From an uncultured Chloroflexia bacterium (GTDB lineage Bacteria > Chloroflexota > Limnocylindria > Limnocylindrales > CSP1-4): DNA of 64,000 nt. The notes under the pieces were generated by a model. The model made no database searches and was not told the origin of the DNA. It worked only from the letters and a program-made list of their open reading frames with translations. Positions 38,491 through 48,281 of the stretch are shown here, piece after piece. The stretch lies in contig CAVVYR010000006.1 in the NCBI GenBank assembly GCA_963752475.1, positions 512,001 to 576,000 on the forward strand. Direction: 5' to 3'. The number at the start of each line of letters is the position of its first letter. The stretch's first letter is position 1. The translations under genes were made by a program, and so were the position numbers.

Positions 38491-39563
38491 CGAGCGGCTG
38501 CAGCTCGATACAGGCCCGCGTAGCGGTCCACCACGCGCGTCGTCGAGAGGCGGCGCGCCAGGGCTTCCACGTGCGGGTCGGGCTCGTCGCCGGCCACGGT
38601 CAGGGCGGCCTCGATGGCGAGTGCCAGCTGCTCGGACTTGTACGGCGTGAACGAGTGGAACGCACCTGGCTCCATCGCGCCCAGCTCCCGGAACTGCGGC
38701 AGGTCGGAGGTGACGATGGGCCGGCCGGCCGAGATGAGCGTGGCCAACGCCCCCGAGGCCGACATCGAGCGGTAGGGCGCAAGGGCCACATCGGTGGCGG
38801 CCAGCACACGCTCCAGCTCTTCCTCGGGCACGAAGCCCATGAAGCGGGTCCGGTCCTCGACACCGTTCTTGAGCGCGTACTCCTTGAACTGGTCGACCAT
38901 GTACTCGCGGCCACGCAACGGGGCGCCCACGAAGAGGGCGTGGACGTCATCGGGCAGCTGGCGCAGGGCCTCGATGACCAGCTTGTGGCCGCGGCGCTTG
39001 ATCATGTGGCCCAGCAGGGTGATGACCCGCTTGTCGGTCAGGTCGAGCGAGGCACGTGAGGCTTCACGGTCGGGCAGGGCCGCTCGCTGCTCGACGAAGT
39101 GCGGCACGACCTCGACCTTGGCATCGGGCACTCGTCCGGCCAGCCGGCCGCGCTCCTCCTCCGAGTGGACCACCACGCTCGAGGCGGCCATGCCGAGGCG
39201 GCGCAGGCCCAGGGCCTCGGGCGTGATCGTGCGCTGCCAGCGGTTCTCCGGCGCGTAGACATCGTGGAGCGTGAAGATCGTGGGGCGACCCATCGAGCGC
39301 AGAGCGACCTCCAGCCGTGGGATGCCCCCGAGGCGCGGGTTCCAGTCAGCCACCTTCCACTGGATGTGCACGACATCGACGTCGCTCACTCGTCGACAGG
39401 CCCGACGCAGGTCGGACCAGGACGCACCGCGGTCGCCGATGTCGCTCTCGATGACTTCGATGTCCGGACGGGTCGCGGCCTCCGCGGCGAGGATTGCGCC
39501 ATAGCGTCGCAGCCCGCTGCGCTCGCGGCCGACGTGGAGGAACCCGACTCGGATCGGCTTCAT
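38487..39563 (-). CDS. GT-B / family 4 glycosyltransferase (paralog 2)
   Basis: Shares GFLH.GR..SG.RRYG, VVHS, PHFVE and SASG motifs with 35158-36249. Confidence 0.85.
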   Translation of the reverse strand: MKPIRVGFLHVGRERSGLRRYGAILAAEAATRPDIEVIESDIGDRGASWSDLRRACRRVSDVDVVHIQWKVADWNPRLGGIPRLEVALRSMGRPTIFTLHDVYAPENRWQRTITPEALGLRRLGMAASSVVVHSEEERGRLAGRVPDAKVEVVPHFVEQRAALPDREASRASLDLTDKRVITLLGHMIKRRGHKLVIEALRQLPDDVHALFVGAPLRGREYMVDQFKEYALKNGVEDRTRFMGFVPEEELERVLAATDVALAPYRSMSASGALATLISAGRPIVTSDLPQFRELGAMEPGAFHSFTPYKSEQLALAIEAALTVAGDEPDPHVEALARRLSTTRVVDRYAGLYRAAAAR

Positions 39564-40384
39564 GCGGTGTAGCCCAGCTCGCGCAACAGGTCGCCATGGC
39601 GCCGACGGAGGATCGTGCGCAGGACGGGGTCGAGCGAGTCCTTGCCCGTGCCCACGCGTGAGCGGTAGATCGTGCGGTCGTCATCGCCCGCCTCGCGCTG
39701 CTGGGCGCTGAACCACTGGTAGCGGTCGGTGGCGCTGTGCTCGGCCGGATCGAACTCGAGCACGGACGCATCCCACGGCTCGCCGAGGAACTCGAACAGA
39801 CGTCGTCCCTGGGTCTCGGGGTCGTCGACGAGCTCCTCATAGCGGAGTTCCAGGAAGCGATCGCCTGGCAGCCGCGTCCCGAGCTCGCGGGCGGCGCTGA
39901 CATAACGGGCCCACTCGGTCCGTGCGGCTCGGGCGGCCGACTTGTAGCCCCAGCGGTCGCGGAAGCTGGCGACGACGTCGTGGCCGTCACGGAGCAGGTG
40001 GACATAGAGGGCGGTCGGGAACAGCTCCTCGATGAAGGGCAGGTGGAGCGTGTAGGTGGGGTCCTTCTCGGCCCAGCGGGACTTGCCGCTGCGGGCGAGG
40101 ACCTCCGCCTGGAACGTGGTGTAGAGGCCGCGGAGATGGTCGATCCACCAATCACGTGAGAGGCCGTAGGTCGCGACCAGGTCCCAGTTCCGTCCTACCA
40201 CCGACTCGAGATCACGCAGGAAGTGCGTCTCCTCGCCGCAGGAGATGTCAGGGTGCGAGTCGAGGATGAGCCGCAGCAAGGTGGTCCCGGAGCGAGGTGA
40301 GCCGATGACGAAGATCGGCGCCGGAGCGGCCGCGTCGGAGGCGACCGAAGCCGCCATACCCGCCTCGTTCGTGTCGCCCGCCAC
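39560..40384 (-). CDS. PAPS-dependent sulfotransferase (paralog 2)
   Basis: GSPRSGTT, EKDP, LRDGHDVVAS and LRYEELV motifs. Start is 40384 (GTG) or 40357 (ATG). Confidence 0.88.
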   Translation of the reverse strand: MAGDTNEAGMAASVASDAAAPAPIFVIGSPRSGTTLLRLILDSHPDISCGEETHFLRDLESVVGRNWDLVATYGLSRDWWIDHLRGLYTTFQAEVLARSGKSRWAEKDPTYTLHLPFIEELFPTALYVHLLRDGHDVVASFRDRWGYKSAARAARTEWARYVSAARELGTRLPGDRFLELRYEELVDDPETQGRRLFEFLGEPWDASVLEFDPAEHSATDRYQWFSAQQREAGDDDRTIYRSRVGTGKDSLDPVLRTILRRRHGDLLRELGYTA

Positions 40385-40508
40385 GTGCTCCCTTTCGATC
40401 CGGTGTCTCATACGCAAGTCTAGCCCCGGCTCGCTGTACCATTCCGGATGCGTGGCGCCCCGCACTACGGGGCATCGGCGAGGTAAGGCGAGAGGAGGGC
40501 AAGCGCCC

Positions 40509-41981
40509 GTGTCCGAAACACCGCCTGCGGTGCCATCCATCGTCTTCGGGACCGATGGCTGGCGAGCCCGCATCGGCGAGGATTACACCTACGACAACGT
40601 CCGCCGATGCGCTCAAGGCGTAGCCGAGTGGGTCATCACGGAAGGCACGCAGGCGAACGGCATCGTCGTGGGCTACGACCGCCGCTTCAGCAGCGAGCAC
40701 TTCGCGATCGCCGCGGCAGAGGTGATCCTGGCTCACGACATCCCCGTGATGTTCGCGACCGAGGCCATCCCCACGCAGGTCACCTCGTACGAGGTCGTGG
40801 AGCGTGGCGCCGCCTGCGCCATCGTCATCACCGCCTCGCACAACCCCTGGACAGACAACGGCTTCAAGATCAAGTCGCCCACCGGCGCCGCGGCGCACCC
40901 CGGCATCCTCGCCGCGGTGGAGGAGTCCATCGCCGCCAACGCCGCCGGCACCCCACCGCGCAAGCCGTGGGACGAGGCCGAAGCCGCCGGCCAGATCGAG
41001 TACCTCGATCCGTTCGCGGGCTACGAGCGCTTCGTGCGCCGGTCGCTCGACCTCGACAAGCTCAAGGCGGCCCACATGCGTGTGCTGGTCGACCCGCTGT
41101 ATGGCTCCGGCGCCGGCTGGACCAGCCGGCTCCTCGCGGGCGGCAAGATCGTCGTCGACGAGATCCACAGCGAGCGCAACCCCTGGTTCGGTGGGGTCAA
41201 CCCGGAGCCCATCCGGCCGCACGTGGACGAGGCCCTGGCGCGTGTCCGTGACGGTGGCTATGACCTGGGCCTGCTGCTCGACGGCGATGCCGACCGCGCC
41301 GGTGCGGTCGACGAGAACGGCGTCTTCATCCACCAGCTGCAGTGCTACGGCCTGCTGGCGTACTACATGCTCGAGCACCTCGGTCAGCGTGACCCCCTGG
41401 TCACGACCGTGAACGAGACCTCGATGGCCTTCCGACTCGGTGAGCGGTACGGGGTGGATGTGTACGAGACGCCGGTCGGCTTCAAGTACGTCGGGCCCAA
41501 GATGATCGAGACCGACGCCATGATGGGCGGTGAGGAGTCCGGCGGCTACGGCTTCAAGATGCACCTGCCCGAGCGTGACGGCATCTACGCCGACCTGCTC
41601 CTGCTCGACCTCTTCATCCGCGAGCGCGAGGCCGGACGCTCGACCGTGTCGGAGGCGGTAGCGCACCTGCACGAGGTCGCCGGCCCGTCGTTCTACCTGC
41701 GCACGGACGTGCACACGGACCGGGCTTCCTATCCCGCGCTCAAGGCGCGCCTGCTGGCCGAGCTCGGTGACCACGCTCCCGAGGCGCTCGGCGGACGTCC
41801 TCTCGACCGCGTCGTGGCGCTCGACACCGGCGACGGCTTCAAGTTCTGGGTCGACGACGGCTCATGGCTGCTGGTGCGCTTCAGCGGCACCGAACCGCTG
41901 GTGCGGGTCTACGCCGAAGCCAGCAGTGAGCGACTGCGCGATGCCCTCCTCGCCGAGGGCGACAAGATGGTCAACGGCTAG
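40509..41981 (+). CDS. Phosphoglucomutase/phosphomannomutase
   Basis: FGTDGWR, TASHNP, DGDADR, GGEESG and RFSGTEP motifs; AGGAGG RBS. Confidence 0.93.
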   Translation: MSETPPAVPSIVFGTDGWRARIGEDYTYDNVRRCAQGVAEWVITEGTQANGIVVGYDRRFSSEHFAIAAAEVILAHDIPVMFATEAIPTQVTSYEVVERGAACAIVITASHNPWTDNGFKIKSPTGAAAHPGILAAVEESIAANAAGTPPRKPWDEAEAAGQIEYLDPFAGYERFVRRSLDLDKLKAAHMRVLVDPLYGSGAGWTSRLLAGGKIVVDEIHSERNPWFGGVNPEPIRPHVDEALARVRDGGYDLGLLLDGDADRAGAVDENGVFIHQLQCYGLLAYYMLEHLGQRDPLVTTVNETSMAFRLGERYGVDVYETPVGFKYVGPKMIETDAMMGGEESGGYGFKMHLPERDGIYADLLLLDLFIREREAGRSTVSEAVAHLHEVAGPSFYLRTDVHTDRASYPALKARLLAELGDHAPEALGGRPLDRVVALDTGDGFKFWVDDGSWLLVRFSGTEPLVRVYAEASSERLRDALLAEGDKMVNG

Positions 41982-41993
41982 GAGGGGCGCTCG

Positions 41994-43085
41994 ATGACGA
42001 TGCAGGGCGGCGCCAACATCCTCGACGACCTTGCGGCCATGGGCCGGGCGGACAGCGAAGGCATGCTCGGCCACGTCGCGGGCCTGGCGGACCAGGTCGC
42101 CGAAGGCTGGCGCATCTCGCGGCGGCTCGAGCTGCCGTGGACGGCCCCGCGCTCGGTGGCGCTGTTGGGCATGGGTGGCTCGGCCATCGGTGGCGAGCTG
42201 GTCAAGGCCGTCTGGGCGGACCGCATCAGCGTGCCCGTCGAGATCCTGCGTGGCTATGAGCTGCCGGCCTGGGTCGGCCCGGAGACGATGGTGATCGCGA
42301 GCTCCAAGTCCGGCGATACCGAGGAGTCGCTGCGCCAATTGGAGACCGCCCTGTCCCGGCGCTGCCCGGTGGTCTGCGTCAGCACCGGCGGAGCCCTGCG
42401 GCGCGTGGCCGAGGCCGCGCGCCTGCCCCTCGTGACCTTCCCCGATGGCGCCTCGCCGCGGGCCTCGCTGGGCTGGTCGCTGGCCATCGTGGCCGGCATC
42501 CTCGAGCGCGCCGGCGTGCTGGAGCTGGACGATGCCGAGATCGATGCGGCTGTCGCCGCGACACGCGAGATGGGTGGTCGTTGCGAGCCCGACGTGAGCA
42601 CGGCCGAGAACCCCGCCAAGCAGTTGGCCTGGTCGCTCGTGGACCGCTTGGTGCTCATCGGCGCGGCCGGGTTCATGGCGCCGGTGGCGCGGCGCTGGAA
42701 GCAGCAGCTTAATGAGAACAGCAAGGCCACCGCGATGTTCGACGAGTTGCCGGAGGCTACGCACAACACCGTCGTCGGCCTGGAGCAACCCGAGTCACTA
42801 CGTGATCACCTCGCGGTGGTGCTCCTCAGCAGCGGGTCGGACCACCCGCGCAACGCGCTGCGGGCACAGCTCCTGGGTGACGTCATGGACACGGGGCTGA
42901 TCTGGCATACGACCGCCGAGGCCATCGGCGAGAGCCGCCTGAGCCAAGCCCTGAGCACCGTCGTGCTGGGCGACTACGTGAGCGTGTATCTCGCCTTCAT
43001 GTATGCCGTAGACCCGTCGCCGGTGGCGGCCATCGAACACATCAAGGGGCAGCTCGCGCTGGCCGATCAGGCTGGTTCCGAGTAG
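41994..43085 (+). CDS. Bifunctional phosphoglucose/phosphomannose isomerase (SIS-type PGI/PMI)
   Basis: GMGGSAIGG, SSKSGDTEE, RWKQQLNENSK and PEATHN motifs. Confidence 0.9.
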   Translation: MTMQGGANILDDLAAMGRADSEGMLGHVAGLADQVAEGWRISRRLELPWTAPRSVALLGMGGSAIGGELVKAVWADRISVPVEILRGYELPAWVGPETMVIASSKSGDTEESLRQLETALSRRCPVVCVSTGGALRRVAEAARLPLVTFPDGASPRASLGWSLAIVAGILERAGVLELDDAEIDAAVAATREMGGRCEPDVSTAENPAKQLAWSLVDRLVLIGAAGFMAPVARRWKQQLNENSKATAMFDELPEATHNTVVGLEQPESLRDHLAVVLLSSGSDHPRNALRAQLLGDVMDTGLIWHTTAEAIGESRLSQALSTVVLGDYVSVYLAFMYAVDPSPVAAIEHIKGQLALADQAGSE

Positions 43086-43229
43086 ACCTTCGGCCCCTGT
43101 CGCTTCTTGGTGGAGTCGCTAGTCTAGGGAGCAGGGATCGACGCTGGTCAAGCAGGCCGCCTCAGGCCTGACGCGGCGTCGCGAAGAAGCTCGTCGAGGC
43201 GGACAGCGGCGGGCAGGAGGTTGGGATCG

Positions 43230-43517
43230 ATGCACTCGAGCGTCATCGGCAAGATCGAGAAGGCCCATCGTTACGCGCGTGAGCGGGACCGCATCACGGT
43301 GGAGCGCCTGGCAGTCACGTTCGCGGGGGATAACGACTCGCACCACCTGACTCTCGAAGCCGATGGCTGGCAGTGCAACTGCCACTACTTCGAGTCCCAG
43401 AAGACCTGCGCCCACATCGCAGCCATGCAGGAGATCCTGGGCGTGATGCTGCCCGAGGAGCGCCAGACGTCGCTCTTCCCGGAGTCCGAGCAGGTGCCGG
43501 AGGCCGCCGGCGCCTAG
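43230..43517 (+). CDS. Small SWIM zinc-finger protein
   Basis: CNC...CAH (CxCxnCxH) motif; AGGAGG RBS. Confidence 0.8.
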   Translation: MHSSVIGKIEKAHRYARERDRITVERLAVTFAGDNDSHHLTLEADGWQCNCHYFESQKTCAHIAAMQEILGVMLPEERQTSLFPESEQVPEAAGA

Positions 43518-43551
43518 AGGCGCAGACGACCCCGCGGCACCAGCCTGCGCG

Positions 43552-44409
43552 CTACTCAGCCACGATGCGGAACAGATACCACTGCCAACCGCGCTCGCGG
43601 TCGTAGTCCGCACGTAGCTCCAGCAGCCACTCGCCGGCTTCGTCCGGCTCGAGGCCCGTCAGCACCGCTCTGTCTGCGGGCTGATCGAACGTGGCCTCCG
43701 CGAAGCGCGTTTCGGAGCCCGTGCCCGACCTTGGTTCCAGACGTCCTTCCCAACCGATCATGGCCGAGCCGTCGTCCAGACCCAGCGCGACGGGCTCGCC
43801 GACGGTGACGATCAGTGGCTCCAGTGTCGTCGCCGGCGGTCGGAAGCCGACCTCCTGACACATGTCGACGTAGCAACCATGTCCGCGCACGCCCATCACA
43901 GCCCCCGATGCGGCCGTGATGCCGGCCTCTACCGGCGGCATCGACAGCAGCGTCTCGATGCCGGCGGGGCGGTCGGGGACTTCGAGGAGCCAGGCGTACT
44001 CGTCGTGCCGTCCCTCGTCACTCACGACGGTGGCTAGCACGAGGTGCTCACCCGGCATCTCCGGGGCGGTCACCCAGCGTCCCTCCACGACTGGCAGCTC
44101 GACGGCCGCACCCCCTTCGATGGGGGTCGCCTGGAGCGTCAGCGACGCGGTCGCGTCGAGCGGTGGCTCCACTACCACTTCCATCGTCGCCTCGCGCTGC
44201 CACGTATCGAGCGCACGGCCATCCGGGGCCGCCGTCGCCGGCATCTCCGGATCGGTTCCTGCGACGGTGCCGAAGGGTCCGCGGAGCGCGACCGACACGG
44301 TCGTGTCCTCCGGCGCGGCTGCATCTGCGGCCGGTTCGTCGGCGGCCATGGCCATCGGCAAGCCGATGGCCATGGAAAGTGCGATCACGAGGCTCGCACG
44401 AGTCGTCAC
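43552..44409 (-). CDS. Secreted acidic hypothetical protein
   Basis: Signal peptide ending AMA; GTGA overlap with the upstream peptidase gene. Confidence 0.7.
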   Translation of the reverse strand: MTTRASLVIALSMAIGLPMAMAADEPAADAAAPEDTTVSVALRGPFGTVAGTDPEMPATAAPDGRALDTWQREATMEVVVEPPLDATASLTLQATPIEGGAAVELPVVEGRWVTAPEMPGEHLVLATVVSDEGRHDEYAWLLEVPDRPAGIETLLSMPPVEAGITAASGAVMGVRGHGCYVDMCQEVGFRPPATTLEPLIVTVGEPVALGLDDGSAMIGWEGRLEPRSGTGSETRFAEATFDQPADRAVLTGLEPDEAGEWLLELRADYDRERGWQWYLFRIVAE

Positions 44410-45929
44410 TTCGTCACCTTCACCCTTCTGACCGGCGAGCGGCTGTAGCGCAGGCCCTCATCGCCGGGCTTGGGGAAGACCGCCTTGAACTCCCAGGTCG
44501 CGCCCGGCCTGAGCGTGGCCTCGTAGCGGCCCTGCTGGTAGAGCGAACGCATCCAGATGGTCTTCCAGGCGGTGTTGCTACCGGCCCGGCGATACTTCAG
44601 CTGGAGCGAGCGGCCGTTGAGCGGGTTGGTCGAGAGCTGCCGATAGGCACTGTTGCCCGCGACCTTGAGGGTGGCCGTGAGCTTCACGGCCTGGCCCCTC
44701 CTGATCGTATAGCGGCTAGCCGTGAGCGCGAGGTTGGTGGCGACGTTGTTGCAGGTAGAGATGTCCGTCTTGTTGTCGGGTGTGTCGTACAGCTCCTGGA
44801 GAGTGGCCACGTCGCAGCGACCGAATGCGTGGCGGCTGGCGCCGGCGGCCGGGCGGGCCGGCGTGATGCCCTGCATGACCGAGTCGCCCGTGGATAGGGT
44901 GAAGCCGGACGCAGAGGGGTGATTCAAGCCCGCGATGTGGCCGAGCTCGTGAAGCATCACGCGCCGGACGTCGAAGCAACCGCTTGCCGCGCCGGTCTTC
45001 TGACACCAGCGCAGCGTGCCCCACGGTAGGTCCGTGCCGTGCGGGCGGATCCAGACGCCCCAATACGAGGGCATGCTGCGTGCGGCACAGGCGATGGCAT
45101 TGACTCCACAGAAGCCGGGCAGCGATCCGGTGTAGGCCACGAGGTTGGCGCCGCTGCTGCTGTAGACGAAGTCCGGACTGCGGGATCCCGAGGACTGAGA
45201 GGCATCCGCCGCGCCGGACTTGAGCGGGCTTCTGGCCCATGCGGGCGGGGTGGCATCGGCCTTCCAGCGGAAGGTCAGCTTCTTGTCCTTGGGCCAGGCG
45301 CCGGCCGCGAAGTTCGGCGTGGGCCGAGCGGCCCCAGCCGGCTGCAGGGCGACGGTGGTCAGTGCGCCATCCGAGGGCACGCAGGCGTCCGTGCATGGCT
45401 CGTCGACGGTCGCCTGCGGAGCCCCGCTCTCGGGGTCCAGCACGTGTGTGCCCTCGTAGCGCCGGGAGTCGCGGTCGTGGATGGTGAGGCGGAGCTTGCC
45501 GGTGGTGGCGTCCTGTTGCGGATACAGGAGCCGCTTCAGTTGCCGCGTCCAGACCCGACAGGCCCGCCTGATGTCGATCATGTCCAAGCGTGTGCCTGCG
45601 TCGCTCCGCTCACCGATGAGCAGCCGATGTGAGCCCGCTGCCACCGAGAACCCGCGGGGCCCCGTGCGCAGTCGGTGCTCCTTGCCGTCGTGCTGCAGTG
45701 TCAGGCGGTAGCCCGTCACGACGCCCTCATCATCGAGCGCCGCAGCGAACGGTGAGGCGACCTCACCGTCACGAACGGCGTTACCTCTCAGGCTCTGGCA
45801 GCTTGGCAGCGTGGAGGCGTCGTCTGCTGTGGCGGCAGCGGCGGCGCCCGGTAGCGTACTCACCATCAACGTGGTTCCGAGCACGATCGTGGTGATGTGG
45901 CGGGTTCTGACATGGTGCGGTCCTCGCAT
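44406..45929 (-). CDS. Secreted metzincin (matrixin/M10-like) metallopeptidase
   Basis: HELGHIAGLNH zinc motif, Met-turn SVM and signal peptide. ATG 45929 has a GGAGG RBS. Confidence 0.82.
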   Translation of the reverse strand: MRGPHHVRTRHITTIVLGTTLMVSTLPGAAAAATADDASTLPSCQSLRGNAVRDGEVASPFAAALDDEGVVTGYRLTLQHDGKEHRLRTGPRGFSVAAGSHRLLIGERSDAGTRLDMIDIRRACRVWTRQLKRLLYPQQDATTGKLRLTIHDRDSRRYEGTHVLDPESGAPQATVDEPCTDACVPSDGALTTVALQPAGAARPTPNFAAGAWPKDKKLTFRWKADATPPAWARSPLKSGAADASQSSGSRSPDFVYSSSGANLVAYTGSLPGFCGVNAIACAARSMPSYWGVWIRPHGTDLPWGTLRWCQKTGAASGCFDVRRVMLHELGHIAGLNHPSASGFTLSTGDSVMQGITPARPAAGASRHAFGRCDVATLQELYDTPDNKTDISTCNNVATNLALTASRYTIRRGQAVKLTATLKVAGNSAYRQLSTNPLNGRSLQLKYRRAGSNTAWKTIWMRSLYQQGRYEATLRPGATWEFKAVFPKPGDEGLRYSRSPVRRVKVTK

Positions 45930-46089
45930 GGACAGCCCTTCCTCCGGCGGATGGTCCCGGCGGCCGAGGCGGTCCTCCGTATCGTGGACGACAGCACTTA
46001 CGTGCCACTTATCAGGGCTCCAGGTGCCACTTGGTCGCGTTCTGCCCCTGACCGCCGCTGTAGACTCGCGGGACACAACCGAACAGCGG

Positions 46090-46182
46090 GATCCGGGGTA
46101 CGCGAAGTCGGGGAGGATCCGACGCAGTCCCGCTACGGTGATCAGCTTCGAGCTGTCAGTCCGGACGCCGTGCCTCGAGATC
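46090..46182 (+). promoter_or_regulatory. Cobalamin riboswitch (compact form)
   Basis: GAAGTCGG..TCCGAC stem, CCCGCTACGGTGA and AGTCCGGA box; closing stem 46090-46102/46169-46182; TAGACT at 46061; sits upstream of btuFCD-like genes. Confidence 0.8.
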
Positions 46183-46215
46183 GTGCGCCAGCCCTTCGAG
46201 CGAAAGGGGAAGCAC

Positions 46216-47199
46216 GTGAACACATCTATCGTCGCGAGGGCCCTCGGCATACCAACCAGGGCCGTTCTGTTTGCCCTCACGCCTGCCGCGTTGCTCGCGG
46301 CCACGGCCCTTCCGGCCGCTGCAGACGACACCTTCCCGATCACGGTCACCGATGACGAGGGCACCGAGGTCAGCATCGAGGCCATGCCGGAGCGCATCGT
46401 CAGCCTCGCACCCTCCACGACCGAGACGATCTTCGCGCTCGGCGCCGGCGACCGCCTCGTGGGTGGGACCGACTACGACGACCATCCCGCGGAGGCCGCC
46501 GACCTCACCGACGTGGCCACCTACACCGGCGTGATCATGGAGCAGGTCGTGGCCCTCGAGCCGGATCTCGTCCTCGCCGCGGGCAACTTCTTCACCCCGC
46601 CGGACGACATCGCCAAGATGCGTGAGCTGGGCTATACCGTAGCCGTGCTGTACGCCCCCGACGTCGACACCGTGATGTCGGACATCGAGCTGATCGGCAC
46701 CGTCATCGGCGCTTCCGACGAAGCCCTGGCCATGACTGCCGAGTTGACGGCACAGATGGACGCCATCGCCGAGGAAGCGGCCGCCGTGGGCACGACCCCG
46801 ACCGTCTTCTACGAGCTCGGCGCGGAGCCGGAGATCTACGCCCCTGCGCCCGACTCCTTCCTGGCCGACATGATCGTCCGTGCCGGCGGCGCGCCCATCA
46901 CCACGGGCGATCCGGCGCTGTGGTCGATCCCGCTCGAGGAGCTGGTCGTGGCCGACCCCGAGGTCATCGTCCTGGGTGATGCCAACTACGGGACCTGTCC
47001 CGATGCTGTCGCCGCACGTGCCGGCTGGGAAGGGATGACCGCGGTCGTCAACGGCGACGTCCGGCCGGTCGACGACGTGCCCATCACGCGGCCCGGTCCG
47101 CGCCTGGCCCAGGGTCTGGCCTCGCTCGCCCGCGCCATCCACCCAGAGCTCGAACTGGCTGACTTCCCGGACGACCCGCCGATGTGTGAGGCCGCCTGA
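46216..47199 (+). CDS. btuF: Cobalamin ABC transporter substrate-binding protein (BtuF-like)
   Basis: RIVSLAPS.TE, EQVVALEPDLV and RPGPRL motifs; riboswitch upstream. Confidence 0.85.
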   Translation: MNTSIVARALGIPTRAVLFALTPAALLAATALPAAADDTFPITVTDDEGTEVSIEAMPERIVSLAPSTTETIFALGAGDRLVGGTDYDDHPAEAADLTDVATYTGVIMEQVVALEPDLVLAAGNFFTPPDDIAKMRELGYTVAVLYAPDVDTVMSDIELIGTVIGASDEALAMTAELTAQMDAIAEEAAAVGTTPTVFYELGAEPEIYAPAPDSFLADMIVRAGGAPITTGDPALWSIPLEELVVADPEVIVLGDANYGTCPDAVAARAGWEGMTAVVNGDVRPVDDVPITRPGPRLAQGLASLARAIHPELELADFPDDPPMCEAA

Positions 47200-47201
47200 C
47201 C

Positions 47202-48281
47202 ATGACCAGCTCGGACCTCGCGCAACCGCGCGCACAGGTCCACCACGGCTCCTTCGAGGCCCTGCGACGGCGACCCGTCATGCTGGGCCTCGCGGGGCTG
47301 ATGGCGTTGGTGCTCGCCTGCGTGGCCGGCGTCGCGTTGGGCACCGTCTCGGTGCCCGTGACCGAGACCGTCGCCATCCTGGCTCATCGCCTGGGTTGGC
47401 CGATGGAGCAGACCTGGGCCGATTCTTCAGAGACGATCGTCTTCACCTTGCGTCTGCCGCGGGTGCTGACCGCGCTCGTGGTCGGCCTCGGTCTCTCGGT
47501 CGCGGGCGTGACCTACCAGGGGCTGCTGCGCAACCCGCTCGCTGACCCGTACGTCCTGGGCACGGCCAGCGGCGCCGCCCTCGGCGCTGCCATCGGCGTG
47601 CTGCTGCCGATCCAGATCGCCTGGCTCGGCCTTGGCCTCGTCAACATCCTCGCCTTCGTCGGGGCGCTCCTGGCCATCTCCATCGTCTACCGCATCGCTG
47701 GCGGTGGCGGCCGCTCCACCATGACCTCGATCCTGCTTACCGGCTATGCCGTGGGCTCGATGCTCGCGGCCGGCCTGTCGCTCGCGATGTACCTCTCGGG
47801 CGCTCGGCTGCAGCAGATCTTCTACTACCTCCTTGGCAGCCTCAACGGCGCGGACTGGCAGAGCCTCGCGCTGGGCCTGCCGGTCGTGGCCGTGGGCACC
47901 GTCCTCATCCTCATGCGCGCACGCTCCATCAATGGCCTGCTCCTGGGCGAGGACACCGCGCTCCATCTCGGCGTCGACGTACGCCGCGAGCGGGCCATCC
48001 TGCTGGGCCTGGCCTCGCTGGTCACCGCTGCCGCGGTCGCTCTCGCCGGCCTCATCGGCTTCGTCGGACTGGTCATCCCACACATCGTGCGCCTCGTGGT
48101 CGGGCCCAACGCCCGCCTGGTGCTGCCGCTCTCGGCCATCTGGGGCGCGGCCTTCCTCGTCGTCGCCGATCTCGGTGCCCGCCTGGTGGGCAACCTGCCG
48201 GTCGGCATCATCACGGCCATGATCGGCGCGCCCGTCTTCGTCTACCTGCTGCGCCGCTATCGGACGGCCTACCAGCTGTGA
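47202..48281 (+). CDS. btuC: FecCD/BtuC-family permease
   Basis: RLPR, RNPLADP, GEDTALHLG and IGFVGLVIPH motifs. Confidence 0.85.
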   Translation: MTSSDLAQPRAQVHHGSFEALRRRPVMLGLAGLMALVLACVAGVALGTVSVPVTETVAILAHRLGWPMEQTWADSSETIVFTLRLPRVLTALVVGLGLSVAGVTYQGLLRNPLADPYVLGTASGAALGAAIGVLLPIQIAWLGLGLVNILAFVGALLAISIVYRIAGGGGRSTMTSILLTGYAVGSMLAAGLSLAMYLSGARLQQIFYYLLGSLNGADWQSLALGLPVVAVGTVLILMRARSINGLLLGEDTALHLGVDVRRERAILLGLASLVTAAAVALAGLIGFVGLVIPHIVRLVVGPNARLVLPLSAIWGAAFLVVADLGARLVGNLPVGIITAMIGAPVFVYLLRRYRTAYQL

